NCBI GenBank assembly: GCA_040830765.1
Contig: JBFOMH010000020.1
Coordinates: 1 to 64,000 of the forward strand
Direction of reading: 5' to 3'
Source: Puniceicoccaceae bacterium
GTDB taxonomy: Bacteria > Verrucomicrobiota > Verrucomicrobiia > Opitutales > Oceanipulchritudinaceae
Length of the DNA: 64,000 bases
Positions 59,247-64,000 of the stretch are shown here, in pieces. The notes under the pieces were generated by a model. The model ran no database searches, was not told the origin of the DNA, and worked only from the letters and a program-made list of their open reading frames with translations. The stretch's first letter is position 1. Each line of letters starts with the position of its first letter. The translations under genes were made by a program, and so were the position numbers.

Positions 59247-61172
59247 TTAATTTCCGGAGTCTGTTCTGCCCCGGAAGGGTAAAAATGATTTCTTGGGACT
59301 CTCCTTTCGGGTATCCGTACTGCTGAGGGGAATTTCGATACGAATGGTATGGATATCTTCGCCCTTGGATTCATCGGCACCATAGGCGCGGAAAAGGGAT
59401 AGCATGGGACTGTTATCCCGGTCAACCTGGGCCCAGAGGTAGTTCAGATCCCGTTCCCGGGCAATTTCCATGAGCCGTTCGAGAAGCGTCCGGGCCATTC
59501 CCAGCCGGCGTTTATTTTCGGAAACAACAAAGGCCATCTCCGCGCTGCGGCCATCCTTGTCGAGATAGTATCGCCCGACGGCATGGATGACCTGGCGGGG
59601 CCCCTGCAATTCCACGATAGCGAGGGCGAGGTCCCGGGTCTGGTCCACGCCGACCAGTTCAAAGGCCCGCTCCCGGCTCATCCGGGTGACCGTGAACCCG
59701 TAACGCCGGACAATGGTTTCCTCCGTATGGGAGTAGAAAAATTCCTGCAGGCGGCGGTCGTCGGCTGGCCCGAGCGGACGCAGGATGTACTCCTTTTCAT
59801 CCCGCAATTGCAGGCGGCGGTATTGGACGCCGTGGGCTTCTGCAGTCCATGGGGGGGGTAGCTGGAAGTATTGTGGCAAGAGGTGATGTTCACGGGCTTG
59901 CCGCAATAAGTCCTCCCGGAAATCCGGATGCGCAACCTGGATCAATTCCTGAACCCGTTCCTGGATGGTCCGTCCCCGCAAGCTGGCAATGCCGTGCTCG
60001 GTGACGAGATAATGAACATCCGAGCGGTGGCAGCCAACACCAGCCCCCGCCGGCAAGTCCGCAACCAGACGGGAGAACCGCTCCCCGTTCTCATCCATGC
60101 CCGTGGAGGGGAGGGCGATAATTGGCCTGCCCTTGCGGCTCATCGCCGCTCCACGAACAAAGTCGACCATGGACCCGACCCCGCTACGGAATAGTCCCTT
60201 CACCGAATCAACGACAACTTGTCCGGTGAGATCGCTGAGGATGGCGCCGTTTATGGAGACCATGTTGTCGTTGCGGGCGATGTTGATCGGATCGTTGGTA
60301 AATTCCGCCGGGCGGAAATCAAAATGGAAGTTACGGTCGAGAAAAGCGTAGAGCTCGCTGGAGCCGAGGGCATGAGAAGTAACTACCTTGCCGCGAAGAA
60401 GCGTTTTCTGGGAATTATCGATGACCCCGAGCCGGAAGAGATCCATGACACCGTCACCGATAACCTCGGAATGAATCCCGAGGTTGCGATGCTGCCTGAG
60501 GGCGGCCGTGAGACCTGCCGCGACCGGGCCAACTCCAAACTGGAGAGTGTCCCCGTTGTTAATCAACTGGGCGGCATATTCCCCGATCTGGGCGTAGGCC
60601 TTGTCCTCCTCCGCGGCCGGAAGCTCCGGCAGTGATGAAGCCGCCTCGATTGCGTAGTTGATTTTCGATACATGGATATGGCTCAGGCCGCCGGTTTTGG
60701 GAATTTCCGGATTGATCTGGGCGATGACAATTTTGGCCCTTTCCATGGCTGCTTGTGTCCACTCGATGGTTGGCCCGAGGGAACAGTACCCAAATTCGTC
60801 CGGAGGGGAGACCATGATGAGGGCGGCATCAATGCGGATTGTCCCGTCCCGGTACAGTTTGGGAATATCCGAGTAATGGGCCGGGGAGTAATCGGCAAAG
60901 CCTTCATTGACCAGTTTTTCCAGCGTCGGGTCGAGATAGAAGGCGTTGACCTTGAGGTGCGGGAGGTAGGGCTTTTCGAGCCATGGAGCGGGCGGAAGAG
61001 TGAGCCCCTGGACAAGTTCAAGATCACCGATGACCTTCACGTGGGGCAGCAGGTCCTCCATCAGCTTCACCGGGCATCCGGCGCCGGAGGCCAGGTGCAG
61101 GCGCATCCCCGGACGGAGGCACTTGCGCCAGTCGGGAGCAGGGATCGAGGAAGGTGTGCTGTTACGGGTCAT
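59247..61172 (-). CDS. Acetyl-CoA hydrolase/CoA-transferase fused to a C-terminal GNAT acetyltransferase
   Basis: VSPPDEFGYCSLG, GDTLQFG, GIHSE, DLTGQV, DFVRGA, VTEHG.A.L.G; C-terminal LRPL..D, AEMAFVV, RLGMA, N..ML. Confidence 0.88.
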   Translation of the reverse strand: MTRNSTPSSIPAPDWRKCLRPGMRLHLASGAGCPVKLMEDLLPHVKVIGDLELVQGLTLPPAPWLEKPYLPHLKVNAFYLDPTLEKLVNEGFADYSPAHYSDIPKLYRDGTIRIDAALIMVSPPDEFGYCSLGPTIEWTQAAMERAKIVIAQINPEIPKTGGLSHIHVSKINYAIEAASSLPELPAAEEDKAYAQIGEYAAQLINNGDTLQFGVGPVAAGLTAALRQHRNLGIHSEVIGDGVMDLFRLGVIDNSQKTLLRGKVVTSHALGSSELYAFLDRNFHFDFRPAEFTNDPINIARNDNMVSINGAILSDLTGQVVVDSVKGLFRSGVGSMVDFVRGAAMSRKGRPIIALPSTGMDENGERFSRLVADLPAGAGVGCHRSDVHYLVTEHGIASLRGRTIQERVQELIQVAHPDFREDLLRQAREHHLLPQYFQLPPPWTAEAHGVQYRRLQLRDEKEYILRPLGPADDRRLQEFFYSHTEETIVRRYGFTVTRMSRERAFELVGVDQTRDLALAIVELQGPRQVIHAVGRYYLDKDGRSAEMAFVVSENKRRLGMARTLLERLMEIARERDLNYLWAQVDRDNSPMLSLFRAYGADESKGEDIHTIRIEIPLSSTDTRKESPKKSFLPFRGRTDSGN

Positions 61173-61227
61173 GGGCTTCGGTGACTAGGATTAGTCACAT
61201 TGCCGGATTCTGTAAAGCCCGGAGCCT

Positions 61228-61851
61228 TCAGCCGGCATTTGCCGCCGAAGCCTGCAGATGGTAGATGGCGTAGCCGGCGGTCAGGTTGGGGAGGAAGCGG
61301 GTTTGGTTTCGCCAGTTACCTTTAAGGAACGCGGTGTTGGCAATGTGGATACCATGCTCTTTGGCAAAGGCATTGAAACCCTCGACGGTGACCGGGTTGT
61401 AGGGATGGCCGGCTTCCCAGGAGAGCGGGAAGACCTCGTTGGTGGGACGGGAACCCGTCAGCAGGGTGGCCCAGCGGTTGAGCCAGAAGCCATGATTGAC
61501 GAAGCCGACGGCGACATTTCTGGAGACCCTCAGGGACTCGCGGATCAGTTCCCCGGGATGGGCCAGCTCCTGAACCATACGGGAGAGGATGATCCAGTCG
61601 AAGAAACCGTCGGGAAAGGCTTGGAGAAGGTCTTCGGCGGTTCCATGGTAGACTGGAACCCCCCGTTTGACGCAGGACTGTACTTTATCGAGATTCGGAT
61701 CCACCCCGAGGCCGCTCACGCTCAAACTGCGGATAAGGTGCTCTAGGAGAATGCCCCGGCCACAACCGATATCGAGCACGCGGTTGCCCTCATCAATCCA
61801 GCCGCTGATGATCTGGAAGTCGGTCTCGCGTTTGATCTTGTGCCGTTTCAT
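61228..61851 (-). CDS. metW: Methionine biosynthesis protein MetW
   Basis: RVLDIGCG.G, FPD..FD.IILS, VGF.N.G.W; directly downstream of metX. Confidence 0.9.
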   Translation of the reverse strand: MKRHKIKRETDFQIISGWIDEGNRVLDIGCGRGILLEHLIRSLSVSGLGVDPNLDKVQSCVKRGVPVYHGTAEDLLQAFPDGFFDWIILSRMVQELAHPGELIRESLRVSRNVAVGFVNHGFWLNRWATLLTGSRPTNEVFPLSWEAGHPYNPVTVEGFNAFAKEHGIHIANTAFLKGNWRNQTRFLPNLTAGYAIYHLQASAANAG

Positions 61852-61860
61852 GGATTGGGG

Positions 61861-63006
61861 TCAGGCGTTGAGGAAATTCCGGACAATGGTGTAGAGGTCG
61901 GGAGCGTGGACGAGAAAGCTGTCGTGTCCAAGAGTCAGGCTCAGTTCGGCATAGGTGGCCTGCTTGCCACAGCGGAGGAGCGCATGGACAATGGAGCGGT
62001 TTTGTTCCGGCGGGAACAGCCAGTCGCTCTTGAAAGCGACAACCAGGCTCTGCGATTGGATGGCTTGCAGTTGGTCCTCCAGTTGGCCGGATTCGCCGAA
62101 GAGATCGAAGCGGTCGAGCGCCTTGGTCAGGTAGAGGTAGGAATTGGCATCGAAGCGGTTGATGAAACTCTGCCCCTGGTAACGGAGGTAACTCTCGACC
62201 TGGAACTCCGCATCGAACTGTGAACGCGCCCCTTCATGACGAATCTTGTCCCGGCCGAATTTCTCTTCCAGCCCGGCATCGCTGAGATAGGTGATGTGGG
62301 CCATCATGCGGGCCACCGCGAGTCCGACATTCGGGCCGTGTCCTTCCTCGTAAGCGCCTTCCTTCCAGTCGGGATCCTGCATGATGGCCAGGCGCCCGAC
62401 TTCGTTGAAAGCGATGGACTGGGCATTCTGGCGGGCAGTGGTCGCCATGGGGATCAGTTTTTCAACGAAATCCGGGAAATCGATGCCCCATTGGAGAACC
62501 TGCATGCCGCCCATGGAGCCACCAATGACGGCGAAGAGGCCCGGTAGGCCGAAGCCTTCGGTTAGCAAGAGGTGTTGTGCCCGAACCATGTCGCGGATGG
62601 AAACCAGGGGAAAGTCCATGTTGTAGGAGCTTCCTGTTGCCGGATTGAGAGATTTGGGTCCAGTCGAGCCCTGGCAACCACCGAGGCAGTTGCTGCAGAT
62701 GACAAAGTACTTATTGGTATCGAGCGGCTTTCCGGGTCCGATGATATTGTTCCACCAGCCGGGTTTGCTGTCCTTGAGGCTGTGGATGCCGGCACAATGG
62801 TGGTCCCCGCTCAAGGCATGGCAGACCAGGATCGCGTTGGACTTTCCGGCATTCAGTTTTCCGTAGGTCTCATAGCGGATGGTGAAGCCGGGGATTTCGT
62901 CACCGGAATCGAAAGCAAACGGCTGCCTCCAGTGAAAGTCGTTCCACTGCACAATTCCGATTTCCCCTGGGGATTGGTCCGTAGTCTCTGTCGGCGGGTC
63001 GTACAT
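61861..63006 (-). CDS. metX: Homoserine O-acetyltransferase
   Basis: CHALSGD, GGCQGSTGP, GGSMGG, RFDANSY, SDWLF, GHDSFL. Confidence 0.95.
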   Translation of the reverse strand: MYDPPTETTDQSPGEIGIVQWNDFHWRQPFAFDSGDEIPGFTIRYETYGKLNAGKSNAILVCHALSGDHHCAGIHSLKDSKPGWWNNIIGPGKPLDTNKYFVICSNCLGGCQGSTGPKSLNPATGSSYNMDFPLVSIRDMVRAQHLLLTEGFGLPGLFAVIGGSMGGMQVLQWGIDFPDFVEKLIPMATTARQNAQSIAFNEVGRLAIMQDPDWKEGAYEEGHGPNVGLAVARMMAHITYLSDAGLEEKFGRDKIRHEGARSQFDAEFQVESYLRYQGQSFINRFDANSYLYLTKALDRFDLFGESGQLEDQLQAIQSQSLVVAFKSDWLFPPEQNRSIVHALLRCGKQATYAELSLTLGHDSFLVHAPDLYTIVRNFLNA

Positions 63007-63027
63007 TGGGAGCTGGCCGCTGTCGGG

Positions 63028-64000
63028 CTACAGGATAGGAGCGGGTTCGTAGGCAGCGGCTTCCGGGTACGCCTGCAGCAGGGCATCCACGGTTGCGGCA
63101 AAGCCATCCACCTGGGCGGCGGCCTGACCTGAGAGCTGTGCTGCCCCGCTGATGACCGCGTCAATCGATTCCCGCGACAGGCCGAGGCGGCCGTCTTCCG
63201 CCAGTCGTGCGGCAAGATCATTTTGGGTGATCTTGCCTTTTCGCAGATCTAGGACAGTGGCCACGGCGTGTTCCTTGATGGCCTCGTGGGCGGCCTCCCG
63301 GCCGGCAGCGGCTTTGACCGCCTCCATTAACAGGGTGGTGGTGCTGAGGAAGGGAAAGTAATAGGCATTCTCCCGGTCAATGACGGCCGGAAAAACGTCC
63401 ATCTGGTTGAGCACGGTGAGTGTCGTCTCCAGCAGTCCGTCAATGGCGAAGCAGGCATCGGGCAGGGCAACCCGCCGGACCACGGAACAGGAAACATCCC
63501 CCTCGTTCCACTGGTCCCCGGCAAGGCCCTGGACCATGGCCAGGTGCCCCTTGAGAATTGTAGCGAAACCGTTGATACGTTCACAGGACCGGGCGTTCAT
63601 TTTGTGGGGCATGGCGGACGAGCCGACCTGGCCCTTGGCAAATCCTTCGGAGGCCAGCTCATAGCCGGCCATCAGCCGCAGTGTCCGGGCAAAGCTCGAC
63701 GGGCCCGCGGCCAACTGGTTGAAGACGGCCACCACTTCGAAGTCGAGGCTTCTGGGATAGACTTGCCCCACCGCACCGAATTGGCCGGGCAGGCCGAGGT
63801 GCTTGAGAATCTTGTTCTCGAGGCTGGCCACCTTGTCAGCATCCCCGTCAAAGAGGGTCAACAGGTCCAATTGCGTTCCGACCGCACCCTTGAGGCCGCG
63901 CGCTGGGTAATCACCGACGAGTGCCTCCAGTTTCTTGACCGCCCGCAGGGTTTCCTCCCCGAACATGGCGATGCGCTTGCCGACAGTGGTTGGCTGGGCA
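63028..64000 (-). CDS. purB: Adenylosuccinate lyase (5' part outside window)
   Basis: AQPTTVGKR, GLKGAVGT, GQVYPRS, GSSAMPHKMN, WNEGDVSCS. Confidence 0.93.
   Translation of the reverse strand, partial: AQPTTVGKRIAMFGEETLRAVKKLEALVGDYPARGLKGAVGTQLDLLTLFDGDADKVASLENKILKHLGLPGQFGAVGQVYPRSLDFEVVAVFNQLAAGPSSFARTLRLMAGYELASEGFAKGQVGSSAMPHKMNARSCERINGFATILKGHLAMVQGLAGDQWNEGDVSCSVVRRVALPDACFAIDGLLETTLTVLNQMDVFPAVIDRENAYYFPFLSTTTLLMEAVKAAAGREAAHEAIKEHAVATVLDLRKGKITQNDLAARLAEDGRLGLSRESIDAVISGAAQLSGQAAAQVDGFAATVDALLQAYPEAAAYEPAPIL

Noticed and set aside
63007..63027. SAM riboswitch for metX-metW
   Set aside because: Only about 21 bp separate purB from metX, leaving no room for an aptamer.

Overview
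This is a gene-dense, GC-rich bacterial chromosome segment, probably from Verrucomicrobiota (Opitutia-like). That assignment is inferred from gene content and sequence style, not tested. From left to right it holds: (1) a minus-strand operon apbE-rnfB-PFOR-rnfC-rnfD-rnfG-rnfE(partial), in which a 1651-aa pyruvate:ferredoxin oxidoreductase with a tethered C-terminal ferredoxin sits inside the Rnf cluster; (2) a divergent six-gene TtpB/TtpC-ExbB-ExbD-TonB-TPR (TonB2-type) energiser, followed by a strongly codon-biased TonB-dependent receptor and a small secreted protein; (3) a LacI-kdgK-uxuB-like-uxaC hexuronate operon with a perfect 14-bp palindrome in its promoter; (4) type IV pilus motor genes (two divergent PilB/GspE ATPases flanking pilT, plus pilC) interleaved with trpS, purC and tRNA-Glu; (5) housekeeping genes, including rpmH-rnpA-yidD-yidC-yebC, HPr, SulP, VUT, mrp, tolB, cysS, hemB, pyrD, an orphan nuoA, dnaG, rpoD with a histone-like N-terminal tail, rpmG, recA, metX/metW, a CoA-transferase-GNAT fusion and partial purB. 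A structured REP-like element lies between rpoD and rpmG. I saw no CRISPR array, prophage, integrase or transposase. The best candidate for an under-described system is the PFOR-Rnf module. All product calls come from motif recognition by eye; no database searches were run.
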